A DNA stretch of 64,000 nucleotides from Octopus bimaculoides. Lineage: Eukaryota. The notes below the pieces were generated by a model. It made no database searches. It was not told where the DNA came from and worked only from the letters and a program-made list of their open reading frames with translations. Shown in pieces: positions 35,826-48,619 of the stretch (its first letter is position 1; each line of letters opens with the position of its first letter). The DNA lies in the NCBI RefSeq assembly GCF_001194135.2, contig NC_068989.1, forward strand, positions 43,473,569 to 43,537,568. The letters are read 5' to 3'. The position numbers and the translations under genes are program-made.

Positions 35826-36292
35826 AGAATATGATACAGGACTATGAAGTTGCAAAAAAGTTGTATCCCTAGTCTACATAGAGTGAGAATGGATAAGATT
35901 TTGAATTAATCTCCCTACAATACTGTTGCCAACTGATCATGAAGAGGTGAAAGGCCATGATAACTGTTAGGATTTTAACAGAACAGAAAGAGAACAGACA
36001 AAATTAGTCAAATGCCATTTAAGCCATTTCAAGGTGCTTCTATGTCATAGCTCAAACTTCTAGAAGTAGCAGGCAATCTTCCCACACATGGCAGTATCAT
36101 TAAAAAGTTTGCTTCGCAGCCACATTGTTTTGAATTCAATGTCACTGCATTGAACCTTCAATGAATATCTTCAACCATATCTTATGAGTAGAATATAGCT
36201 GATGGAAACTGCAGAAATTCATTGTGGCTCGATAGATTGGTAGACAGGTTGGTGTGTTTCTTTCAATATAAGGTGAACAAAACCCTGGAACA

Positions 36293-36444
36293 CCAGGACT
36301 TATTCTTTGCAAGCCTAGTACTTATTCTATCAGACACTTTTGCCAAACTGCTAAGTTACAGGGACATAAACACACCAACATCAGTTGTCAAGCGATGGGG
36401 GGGTGGATAGACACAAACATACACATACACACACACATATATAT

Positions 36445-36486
<42 letters not shown>

Positions 36487-36642
36487 GATGGGCTTCTTTC
36501 AGTTTCCATCAACCAAATACACTCACAAGGCTTTGGTCAGCCCGAGGCTATAGTATAAGACACTTGCCTGAGGTGCCACGCAGTGGGTCTGAACCAGGGA
36601 CCATATGGTTTGGAAACAAACTTCTTATTACTCCTGCACCTG
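36293..36642 (-). mobile_element. SINE family A
   Basis: Reverse complement of the family-A consensus with an internal TA tract. Confidence 0.85.
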
Positions 36643-37455
36643 TCTTAGGGGAGATTTGTCCTACACACATGTATTTATATACACACACACACACATGTAG
36701 AACAAAAATCCCCTAGGCCATTATATATATATATATATATGTATATGTATATATATATATAAATCAAGTGAGATCGTAACCATGGCCAATGCCAGTGCCG
36801 CATAACCAGCCCATTTAAAAGTACCCTTCAATCATCAGATAATATGCTGTGCTTGAGAAGACCTGTTGAGTCAAGTGAAAACGTAGTTGTGGCCGATGCC
36901 AGTGCCACGTGACTGGCACACGTACCAGTGGCATGTAAAAAGCACCATTTGAGTATGTCAATGCCAGTGCCACCTGAATGGCTCCAGTGCCAGAGGCACA
37001 TAAAAAGCACCCACTACACTCTCAGAGTAGTTGACATTAGGAAGGGCATCCAGCTGTAGAAACCTTGCCAGATCAGATTGGAGCCTGGTACAGCCTCTTG
37101 GCTTGCCAGTCCTCTGTCAAACCAGCCAACCCATGCCAGCTTGGAAAGTGGATGTTAGATGATGATGATGATGACATATATATAAATCACCATTGTTGTT
37201 TTAAAGTTCACTTTAAAAGGGGAGAGAGAGAGAGGGAAGATTACCTTCAGTTTCCATCTACTAAATCTACTCACGTGTCTTTTGGGCTACAGAAGACACC
37301 CAAGTAGTCATGCAGTGGGACTAAACCTGAATTTAAGTGGTTGAGAAGTAAACTCTTTAACCACACAGCCACACATGCACCTAAAGTATTCAGGGATGGA
37401 GAATTAACATGATAAATAAGTGAGAAAAAAAGCATTGAAGACAATTGCAATGTCT

Positions 37456-37666
37456 TTAACCCTTTAGCATTTCAACTGGCCACATCCTGCCAAAATATTC
37501 TGTTTTATGTTCAAACTGGCTAGATCTGGTTTCCCACACCAACCCTACAATATCATTCTAAAACATTAACAGTTACCTCATCAAAAGATGATGCAAGATT
37601 AATTCAAAACAACGAGAGTAAATAAGCATTACTTTTAACAGAATAATGTGAATAGTAAAGGGTCAA
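37456..37666. mobile_element. piggyBac-like TTAA MITE (family G)
   Basis: TTAACCCTTTAGCATT left end, degenerate right end. Confidence 0.8.
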
Positions 37667-38620
37667 TCAGAGGTCTACTGAATCAGGGCCAGCCCAAGGT
37701 GAAACAACTAGATTCTGTTAAATTATTTCATTCAAGTGTTCTATTTCCATCACATTATTGTTCTTTCGTAAAAGGAAACAAACCAAATAACAATCATATG
37801 AAGTGCTTTAACACTTTGTCCAAAGCATTTTCAGAAGTTTGTCCAAAATGTCCATGCGTATTTTTAGACTTTTAGTTAGCACTTGTTTCGTGCATTCTGA
37901 ATAATATGAAACTTTCTTTTCATAAGTCCCAAGTTACTCTGATGGTTGAAAAGAAGAAAAAAAAAAATTGAGAATGTTCAGTAAATTGCAGGACAGGCAA
38001 CGGGTTAAAAAATACTTAGCTAATTAATTAATCCTAGTCTGAAAATAAAGATTAATCAACAGAGAAGTGATGGGGAGACCAAATAGATTCATTGAGAATC
38101 ATTTCTTTATTCCAAAGTGTACACGTATTTAACAACTCTAATGATAAATCTGTAATAATTACTCATTTTTAATTACATAAACACACTTAAGTTGACTGGT
38201 TATTAAATCTCTCACTACTTCTAACCAACACATTATGTCATTGGCATGCACACACACACAATTTCCATTGTACATTAGAATATTCTGTGAATAGTACTAG
38301 TGTATTACATTACAAAGAGTAATTAAATCCTAGAAATCTTCTCAGTATCAGACTTAAACCTTTTCAGGCAAGTTCTCTGCTACTGTGCACCAATACCATG
38401 ATATCTATGCAACCACCAAAAAACATAAGGTGCCTGTGAATTTTTTTTTTTTTTTCCTTGTCTCATTTGTTGATTATTTTCATGGCAACAAAGCAGGATC
38501 TATGGCTTTTTACGGGGTCTCTGAAAAGGATGGCAAGGCAGAAACTACTCATAAATAAAAGATAAGGAAAATGATTTAGCTAGATGATGAGTTCTGAATA
38601 CATTAAGAAAAGGTTAAAAA

Positions 38621-38942
38621 GGTAAAGACTCCCATCAGTCAGGAATGGCCATGGGATTGCACCTAGAAAGTTACCCTCCAAGGCACAAGTCCAGGCAAAG
38701 TTGTTTATGAAAGACCAGTTGCCTATGCATACAAGTCTCCCCTCTCCACACTACTGATGTTATCCAAGGGAAAGGTGAAGGCCGATACAGCTCGGCACCA
38801 ATGATGTCACAACTCATTTCTACAGCTGAGTGAACTGGAGCAACGTGAAATAAAGTGTTTTGCTCAAGAACACAATACAAAATCCAGTCCGGGAATCAAA
38901 CTACCTCATGATTGTGAGCACAACACTAACCTCTGAGCCATG
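38621..38942 (-). mobile_element. SINE family F
   Basis: Reverse complement of 21663-21983. Confidence 0.8.
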
Positions 38943-39420
38943 GGATTAGACCTATTAAATTAATACATTATGAAAAATAATGACGAATCCTCCTATACTA
39001 TTCCTAAAGGGAAAAATAATTTGCATTCAATGTTGTTATAATAGGAATCATCATACCCAGATAGTGAGTTCATTCTCAAATTGAAGAGCTGATCTGAATG
39101 TTTACAACAGAGTGGAATCTGTTTTTAGCACCCAAGTACCATATGGCAGGGTTAAATCATATCACAGGATTACTAGAGTATCCACATGGGACATCTCAGA
39201 AACTGCTGCAGCTTAGGAAGTCAGTGTTTTTAACTGCAATTTTTTTTTTTCATTTCAGCATATTTCTTTTTCAACAATATATCTGAATATTAAGAGCAGC
39301 ACTCATCAATATCTCATATAACAGGATAAACTATGAGTTACATGAAAACCCAATTAAATCTAATACAAATACATTCAAACAAACAAAATATACAATTGCC
39401 CAAAATATCCAAATAATATT

Positions 39421-39744
39421 GTTTGTTTCAGTCATTTGACTGCAGCCATACTGGGGACCTGTGTATAAAAGTTTTAGTCATTTTGAGTCTGGTGCTTATT
39501 TGACCAGTTTCTTTTGCCAAACTGCAAATTACAGGGATGTAGTTGTAAAGTAGTAGTAGAGGACAAACACAAAGACACACTCACGCATAATAGATTTCCT
39601 TCAGTTTACAACTACCAAATTCACTCAAGGATTTGGTCAACCCAGGGTTATAATAGAAGGCACTTGCCCAATGTGCCATGCAGTGGGATTGAACCTGGAA
39701 CCATGCGGTTTGGAAGCAAACTTCTTATGACACAGCCATGCCTG
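39421..39744 (-). mobile_element. SINE family A (CpG-decayed)
   Basis: Family-A head and tail in reverse orientation. Confidence 0.8.
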
Positions 39745-40166
39745 TAGAGAATAAATATTTATCTTCATTAACTTTTAGTGTCAAAGGTAGCAAGCTGGAT
39801 AACACGCCAGCCAAAATGCTTAACAGCATTTCATCTGTCTTTACATTCTCAGTTCAAATTCCGCCAAGGTCAACTTTACCTTTCATCCTTTCAGGGTCAG
39901 TAAAATAGTACCAGTTGAACACTGGGGTCAGTGTAAACAACTTAACCCCTTGCTTGAAATTGCTGGCCTTGTTCCAATATTTGAAACCAACATTACAATA
40001 AATACTTCTTTCGTGTTCACAGGTCTGTCGTTATGATATTCAAGTAACAATAAGGAATCGATAGCTCCTAGTAAATTACTAGAACTGTATGTCCCAAACA
40101 ACCCATGCCAGGATGGAAAATGGATGTAAAATGATAATGACGACTGCAATAAATGCAAATAAAATA

Positions 40167-40563
40167 GGTGCAAGCATGGCTGTAAGGTAAGAAGTTTGCT
40201 TCCTAATCATATGGTTCCAGTTCAGTCCCACTGCATGGAACCTTGGACAAGTGTTTTCTACTATAGCCTCAGGCCAAACAAAGCCTTGAGTAGATTTAGC
40301 AGACAGAAACTGAAAGAAGCCTATCATATATGTATGGGTGTGTGTGTCTCTTTATGTTAGCGTTTGTCCCCCACCACTGCTTGACAACCGGTGTTGGTGC
40401 GTTTATGTTCCCATAACTTAGCAGTTTGGCAAAGAGGACCAATAGTATAAGTACCAGGATTTAAGAAAAAAATATTAAGTACTAGGGTCAATTCGTTCAA
40501 CAAAAAATTCTTCAAGGTGGTTCCCCAGCATGGTCAGTCTAATGACAAACAAGTAAAAGATAA
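40167..40563 (+). mobile_element. SINE family A, full length
   Basis: Head GGTGCAAGCATGGCTG..., tail ACAAGTAAAAGATAAAA. Confidence 0.88.
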
Positions 40564-41029
40564 AACAATTATCACTAATGTATCTAAGAGTACAAGTACA
40601 CTCTCTAGAGTTTCTCTTCTACAAATAAAAGCTTATACCTCAGGGTAAAAGTAATCTAGATTATAAAGATAAGCTTTCAACAAGTGATGTCTGCTAACTA
40701 GAGATATCTGTATTAATATCAACTTCATTAACTTGGCTACTTGATGAGATTTAGCCATATAAATCCAAGTGATTATATATATTGAGCCAATTAAATATTA
40801 TGCCAAATTAGAAAACTATAGAAACTGAATTAAATACTAATTGTTGTTTAGCCCCCGGCCAGACCTGATCAAGTAGATCTATGACAAATAGGTGTTACCA
40901 TCATGACCATCCTATCATTTTTGCATATCAAAGATTACACTGTCCAATATCTTTCCATAAAGTAGAGCCAGAAGTGCTCAAAAGTGACCCAATAGTTGAG
41001 TTTCGTGATCATCAAGGCACCCAAGGTTC

Positions 41030-41330
41030 TCTCTAGGCAAAAGCACATCCTTAAAACAGCTAGGACTGCATTCCAACGACAGGCTCTTCTCTTTAATGCC
41101 AGCCCTCAACAATTATTGATATTCTACAAAGCTCAGGTGAAGCTAACAATAGAGTACTACTCTCACATTTGGGATGGTGCTACAAACACAAGACAACCTG
41201 TACTGCTTCCAGAAAAGGGTCCCCTGACTGATTGGCATAAAGTCAGACATTCTCCAACCTCCAAGCCCACTAGTGTGTTGTCTCCTCTATCACAGGAGAA
41301 ACCAGCTACTATCATGATGGAGTAGACACC
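41030..41330 (+). pseudogene. Non-LTR retrotransposon ORF2 post-RT fragment (CR1/Jockey-like group)
   Basis: LLIFYKAQVKLTIEYYSHIWDGA resembles the LL.LYKA.IRP.LEYC...W.G motif found after RT in these clades. Confidence 0.6.
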
Positions 41331-41483
41331 AGAAGGAAGAAAGAGACTGAGGTAAAGACCAAGGGAGATGCAATGCAATACATTCCAGGATGACATGATG
41401 GAGTTGGATCAAGGAGTCAGGAGGAAGGCTCATTGCCTGCTGTGCTACTATCACAGGAGGATCTAAGATATACACACACACAC

Positions 41484-41534
<51 letters not shown>

Positions 41535-42103
41535 NNNNNNNNNNNNNNNNNNNNNNNNNNNNNNNNNNNNNNNNNNNNNNNNNNNNNNNNNNNNNNNNNN
41601 NNNNNNNNNNNNNNNNNNNNNNNNNNNNNNNNNNNNNNNNNNNNNNNNNNNNNNNNNNNNNNNNNNNNNNNNNNNNNNNNNNNNNNNNNNNNNNNNNNNN
41701 NNNNNNNNNNNNNNNNNNNNNNNNNNNNNNNNNNNNNNNNNNNNNNNNNNNNNNNNNNNNNNNNNNNNNNNNNNNNNNNNNNNNNNNNNNNNNNNNNNNN
41801 NNNNNNNNNNNNNNNNNNNNNNNNNNNNNNNNNNNNNNNNNNNNNNNNNNNNNNNNNNNNNNNNNNNNNNNNNNNNNNNNNNNNNNNNNNNNNNNNNNNN
41901 NNNNNNNNNNNNNNNNNNNNNNNNNNNNNNNNNNNNNNNNNNNNNNNNNNNNNNNNNNNNNNNNNNNNNNNNNNNNNNNNNNNNNNNNNNNNNNNNNNNN
42001 NNNNNNNNNNNNNNNNNNNNNNNNNNNNNNNNNNNNNNNNNNNNNNNNNNNNNNNNTGAAACAAGTAAAAGAGAGTAAAAGAGTATATATATATATATAT
42101 ATA

Positions 42104-42553
42104 TAAAATACAGAATGGGACAAGAACGCAAAACATCCAGACAGTTAGGTGACACAAGAAAGGAACAAAACATCCAGATAGACGATACAAAGAAAACAAG
42201 GACAGGTCATTCAGAGTTTTCTTTCCTCTGTCCTGTTATTACTTTTTTTATTTTTATTGTATTTGTGTAACATTGTTCGTTTTTCTTCTGTCCTTGTTTT
42301 TGTATACATTTGCTGCTTTCTTCCAAGGAATCTAATGCTCTTAGCTTAGTTTTTCCTTGTGGCTGGCCGGATTGGAGCAATATCGAGAATAACCAGCCGA
42401 AATTGCAAGGATAATCTGGATCTCGACTGAAGAAAGAAAACTCCGAATGACCTGTCCTTGTTTTCTTTGTATCGTCTATCTGGATGTTTTGTCCCTTTCT
42501 TGTATCACCTAACTGTCTGGATATTTTGCGTTCTTGTCTCATTCTGTATTTTA
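42104..42553. mobile_element. 450-bp element with 122-bp inverted repeats inside a (TA)n tract
   Basis: 42104-42225 is the reverse complement of 42432-42553 with about 5 mismatches; TA repeats on both sides. Confidence 0.8.
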
Positions 42554-43715
42554 ATATATATATATTTATATATATATATATATATATATTGGTGTGTGCG
42601 CGCATGCGTGCATGCATGCATGCTTGCGTGCATGTGTGTGTGTGTGTGTTACACACACAAATACATATATGGAATAGGTGAGAGAAACAATCTAAATGCC
42701 AGACAAGGTATTTCACAAAGAATTCTCACAATGTGTTTTGCTGCAGACGATGCAAAACCTGCTACAACAACTGACAACATGCAACTACTACTTGCTCGCA
42801 TTATCACAAAGATATGCGAAAGAACACAAATATGTGTACACAATCAAGTGCACACAGATGTAAACACAAAGTTTTCAAAAATGAACATGTTAACAGATGG
42901 TTAAGTGATTATAAATTTTCCTTTTTATTTATTGTGACTATAAAATATAGTATCTTTTATTTTTTACTTGTTTCAGTCATTAAGCTGTGGCCAAGCTGGA
43001 GCACCACCTTAAAGAAACTTAGTTGAATGAATCGACCCCACTATCTCTTTTATAAGCTTGGCACTTTATTGGTCTCTTTGTCAAAATGCTAAGTTACAAG
43101 GATGTAAACACACCAACACCAATTGCGAAGCTGTGATGAAGAACAAACACACACACAAAATCATAGCCAAAAGTATGGAACATAGGTCTGAAAATTAAAA
43201 TTTTTTATATTAAATGCCCAAAGTTATATCTAATTTGCAATATATTATTACTACTTACAGTAATATGGTGGGTATAACAATTTTAATTTAAAAAAAAAAA
43301 AATTTCAAACTTTTGTACACAGCTTATGTATGTTTGTATATGATGGGCTTCTTTCAGTTTCTGTCTACCAAATCCACTCACAAGGCTTTGGTCAGACTCA
43401 AGCAGTGGGACTGAACGTGGAACCACGTTGTTGGGAAGCAAACTTCTTAATACACAGCCATACCAGCAAACTGTGAAAAAGAAAATTAATTTTTAGAAAA
43501 AAATGGTAGTATGAAGTAGTGATTATTTAGACAGAATCAATAGAATAGACAGACAGATGATCAAACTCACTCAAACTATGATCATCTTATCCCAGACCAT
43601 GTTTATCTAATGGATGTTATTTGCTTCTTATTCACAGGCGGTCCAGCAAACTATTTCTTACAGCATCGATCCATAAATTGCTTTAAAAAAATTGGATATC
43701 AAACAAAATGAACAA

Positions 43716-44060
43716 ATGGTTGTGTGGTAAGAAGCTTGCTTCCCAACCACATGGTTCCAGGTTCAGTCTCACTGTGCAGCACCTTGGGAAAGTGTCTCCT
43801 ACTATAGCTTCAGGCCGACCAAAGCCTTGTGAATAGATCTGGTAGACAGAAACTGAAAGAAGCCCATCGTATATATATGTATGTATTTGTGTGTCTGTGT
43901 TTGTCCCCCTACCATTGCTTGACAACCAATGTTGGTGTGTTTATGTCCCCTTAACTTAACAGTTTGTCAAAAGTGATGGATAGAATAAGTACTAGACTTA
44001 CAAAGAATAAGTCATAGGGTCAATTTGTTCAACTAAAAGGCAGTGCTCCAGCATGGCCAG
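43716..44060 (+). mobile_element. SINE family A
   Basis: Family-A head through GCTCCAGCATGGCC. Confidence 0.88.
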
Positions 44061-45488
44061 GCACTAAAAGAGTGACTCTTCCCAGACACAATAAAATCTT
44101 CGATATTGTTTTGCTTTTATGTTAATCTCTACTCTAAATGGAATCGGTAAATTTATAAGGTAGTTTCTATTGTGGACTATGAACTAATTCATGGTTAGCA
44201 AATTTGTCAAGTATTTTGTCAATTCTTTTTATTCCTCCGAGAAAAATATATTGAATTAAGAAAGGAATTTAAACAACAAAATGTTGATAGAAGTTTTTGA
44301 TAGTTACAAGAAATAATCTTTTCCACTGTAAGTACAAAGCCTTAAATTTTAGTGGGTAGAGCTAGTTGATTGTTACGTTGATCCCAGTGTTCAATTGGCA
44401 CTTATTTTATCAATCCCAAAAGGATGAATGGTAAAGATGACCTTGACAGAATTTGAACTGAGAATGTAAAGATGAACAAAACACCACAAAGCAGTTCGTC
44501 CAGCACAATAACAATTCTGCCAGCTTGCAACCTTAATTACTGTACAATTAATATTTGACTATGTATTTACTCTGTGAATGAAAAAAAAAATCCTCACAAA
44601 TTTGCAAACAAAGTATTACTAATGTGTAATGGAATTGTCTTAAAAAGGATTTACCACAACAAATTTCCTTCATGAAACCACAACCAAGATGCATCTCACA
44701 TTGCTAAGATAAGAATTTCCTCCACTTAACCTCTCCCCCCCCCATCACCACCACCACCATTAGCTTTGGTAGATCCTCAATTTCATGTGCATCTGCCAAA
44801 TAATGTGTGTAGTTAAGTGGTTATTATTCACTATTGAGGTATGGAGGTCAATAAAACATCTGATATGGTCTGTTGTCCAGTGGACAGCAATACCTATCCT
44901 ATGTTGAGCAATAATAGCATAAGAGGAATGTGTCCATAAATCTCCTTTTTGGCTTTCTACTTCCACTATGAGAAGTCCTCATGAATATTGACAGAAAAAC
45001 ACCTTAGAAGTATAGTAGACTATGAGAAGTTTATTATACAAAATTCATTTTGGCTTTAAAAATGAATTTGAAGTAAAAAAATAAAATTGCTGATAACATT
45101 TTAATAATTCCTGAAAATCTAAATGAAATGGCAAAATTTGTAAACTGTCTATCAGCTTATAGATGTTTATCAACAAGATAACATGAAATTTGTTTGGCTA
45201 GTTTTGTATACTTTGTAAATTTCAAGAGTAGAAAATATTAAAAGCAATTCAGAAATTCCAAAAATCAGAATTAATAGGACTTATTTAACCAGATACTTGG
45301 AGAGTTTCATAGAAATAGTCAATATCTTCTATTATCTAGATTACTTAATCAGCAGTGGAGATGGTAGTCTGAAAGCATAGTAAGCAGAGGTGAAAAATAA
45401 ACCCCATTAATTATGGAACAAAAGGATTCACTCTAAGATTGTATGTTGCTTGTGTATAAAGTGAATAGGAGCAAAAAGAAAAAAAATA

Positions 45489-45840
45489 TGGCCACTGAAA
45501 GGAGAGGACACGCAATGGCTAAAAAGAAATGAGGAAAGCATACTTCACTGGGTGACTAATATTAGTATGCATGAACAGAGCAGTAATGAAACAAGACCAA
45601 AATTGGTTCTAAGAGAAATCACCATTAGTGTGCAAGAAAAGAAACTTGACTAAAACAGACATATGATGCAGTTGGAGGACAGCAGCTGGGTAAAGTGCTG
45701 AACAGCCCAAATAGAAGAAATCTAGGGAAGAGGAAGGCCAAAGCAGAAGTGGTGAAAGCTGATCTCAAGAAGCTGAACCTCAAAGGGACAACAAAGTGAT
45801 GGGATACTATACAGAAGATGTTGTGTACAACCCATGCAAC
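45489..45840 (+). pseudogene. RTE-clade LINE 3' end fragment
   Basis: EDTQWLKRNEESILHWVTNISMH...QE..L...H.M.LEDSSWVK...GRGRP...EVVKADLKKLNL, then a 3' UTR ending AACCCATGC like the SINE-E tail. Confidence 0.7.
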
Positions 45841-47305
45841 TATTAAAAAAAAAAAAAAGAGGGGCAGTAAAACAATTTTCTTTAGTTTTTCAAGTTTACA
45901 CAGGTTTTAGAACACATTTTGTAAAATTTAAACTGGTTTGTGAAAACCTTCAGTTACACTAAGAAATACAGGAATAAAATTTATCTAATTTCAATTAGAC
46001 TAGGAGTCTCAAAAAATGGAGAAGATAGAAACTTTCTTGCACAGTAAAATTTTAGAGGAAAATTTGGAAAATTTCAGTTGTACCTGTTAAGAAGAGGGGA
46101 GATTTGTAACTGGGCTACAATATTTTTGTGACAATAACTGAAACTAGGATTACTGGATAACAATCAAGATTTGTAAAAGACGTTTTTTGTTTACTAATGA
46201 TAATTCTTTCAAAGTTAGCTAGTAATTTACCATACTAGAAAACTTTTAATTCCTCAAATTGAATAGATGTAAGAAACTTCAGTCTAGGGGGAGAGAGTAA
46301 AATTGTTTAGCTCCAGATCCGCCCTGATCCAGCAAGCCAAATGTGTCCCAGCTATGACAACACAAGAGTTTATTCAAAGTTGCCAACACTACATTATATA
46401 ATAAAAGGTTTGAGAGAGTTTTAGCAACTGAAGCTTCTGTATCAGCTAGCTTGAGAATATTCAGTTAGTTTGGTAAGGCAAAATGAAATGATTCCAACAG
46501 CAGTAGGGTTCGCTACTACTGCAGTACTTCTTCCATTGAATGATCACTTCTGCAATACATCAATTCTCAAATTTGACTACAAAAGATTTTCTTACCAAAC
46601 TGGAATTTTTGTTCAACAGCCCCAGCTCCAAATTAAACTGCTCAAATGTGAAGTGGCAAATATGAAGTGGACATTCGAAAAGGATAAAAATAAAAAGATG
46701 GCATTACAATAGAAAAGTTATACTAAAATTTCAACTGCTGACACCTACAATACCTGTAAACTAACTACTTAGTCTTTTATTTATCCCAGTCAGAGTTGTA
46801 GCCATACATAGAATCACCCTTAAAAATATGGCAGAAACTGTTGAATACTTTTACCAACACTCAATAAATCTGAAGTTTAGCGACAGACACAGACAGTGTG
46901 TGCGTGCGTCTCTGTCTGTCTCATCCTCCTGACATTAGTGAGGTCAGGATATCCTGGTAACATACTTTCGGTGTTTTTATCCTCTTTCTCTTAAATTATA
47001 CTAACCCAATTTTCTATACAGTCTGGGGGAGGGATCCACCCACCACTCTTTGATAAAACGCTGCCATAACATTAAAATGATGCCTTTATAGAACAATAAT
47101 CCCCAACAACAGCCCTTTTAGAATAAAAACAGGAAAAAAAACACTTGGATTTACTATAAATAGCTGTATATATAATAATTATAATCAGAGAAATTTAAGG
47201 TGGTAAATGATAACTTAAAATATATTACAGTATAGCAATTACTAGGCAAATGGTATCTTTATTGTACAAAGCAGTATAAAATTTGATACACCGAACTACA
47301 TAGGT

Positions 47306-47503
47306 TTAACCCTTTTGATTCCAAGCCACCTGAAACTGCTCCAGGTTCTGTAACAACTTAAAAGTGGTCTAATTTGGTCAAAATTTTATGATAATTTGTT
47401 CCAAACTCCAGCTTAATAATGAGAAAGTTATTCTACTGAATTTGTCATTATTTTTAAATAATGTCAGCATATGTTAACAGAGAAATAATAACAAAAGGGT
47501 TAA
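47306..47503. mobile_element. piggyBac-like TTAA MITE (third family)
   Basis: TTAACCCTTTTG ... CAAAAGGGTTAA perfect 12-bp inverted termini. Confidence 0.75.
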
Positions 47504-47746
47504 AACAGGAGTACCCGACCTGTGATGCAAAATTACCTTTAAAAAAATTATTAGAAATCTCTCTTTCCAACTTGCAAATATATCACATTTGTAGAGTGTG
47601 TGAAAACTAAACACTTTTGTAGGAGTGATGGCCATAGAAATAGTAAGGAAGCACCAGTTCAAAACGGTCTTTGGGGATGGAAACTCAGAGGAAGGAGACT
47701 TATAATTGACAATGTTTCAAGGGAATACTGAACAGAAGTATCTTAT

Positions 47747-48240
47747 TTAACCCTTTAGCATTTAAACTGGCCATATCCAGCCAAAACATTCTACTTGTTT
47801 TATGTTCAATCCAGCCAGAACTGGCCTCTCACACCTATTATACAATGGCAATCTAAAAATATGCCATCACATCACTGAAATCTCAAAGCTAAAAGATAAT
47901 ACATAACTGAAAACAATGCAAATAAATAAATACGCCTTCTTGGCACTTCTGCCGGTGGCAAGTGTAAATAAAGACATTCGAGCAAGATCGTTTGTGCCGG
48001 TGGCACGTGTAAAAACATTCGAGCAAGATCGTTACCAGTGTTGGCGTTAAGAAGGGCATCCAGCTGTAGAAACTCTGCCAAATCAGATTGGAGCCTGGTG
48101 TAGCCATCTGGTTCACCAGCCCTCAGTCAAATCCACCAGTCCTCAGTCAAATCGTCCAACCCATGCTATCATGGAAAGCGGACGTTAAACGATGATGATG
48201 ATGATGATTTAACATAGTAATCTGAATGCTAAAGGGTTAA
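47747..48240. mobile_element. Family-G TTAA MITE interrupted by SINE-E (47931-48207)
   Basis: MITE termini intact at 47747 and 48240; SINE-E body and (GAT)n tail inserted near the right end. Confidence 0.88.
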
Positions 48241-48399
48241 AGTATACTTTCCTTTATCCTACAGATGGTAAGTCTATATTTGAGTAGTTTAATGTGGAGC
48301 TGATACTGTGGAGCAAAAATTCCAGTATGTTCATGAAAAGGTTTTCTTTCAGACAAAAATCCACATCATGTCTCCCTTACCTGTGTAGATACATTATTT

Positions 48400-48619
48400 T
48401 TAACCCTTTAGCATTTACATCACCTAGTCAAGCATAATGCTTATTTATTTACAATGTTTTAAATAAATCATGCACTATCTCCTACCTTCAATAATGTGAC
48501 TGCTTATTTTCAGAATGATATTGCGGGGTAGGTGTGAGAAGTTGGATCTGACCAGTTCGAACATAAAACAGGGAGAATATTTGGACTGGATATGGCCAGT
48601 TTAAATGCTATAGGGTTAA
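48400..48619. mobile_element. piggyBac-like TTAA MITE (family G, opposite orientation)
   Basis: TTAACCCTTTAGCATT ... AATGCTATAGGGTTAA. Confidence 0.85.

Noticed and set aside
42340-42460. Possible hammerhead ribozyme in the foldback element
   Set aside because: CTGAAGA and GAAA words are present but I could not fold them into a valid core with correct order, stem II and NUH site; at best degenerate.
48265-48267. Apparent 3-nt micro-exon (CCTACAG|ATG|GTAAGT)
   Set aside because: The motif mirrors CTTACCTGTGTAG at about 48376-48388, so it is the terminal inverted repeat of a small TA-flanked MITE; splice-like signals are coincidental unless RNA-seq shows otherwise.
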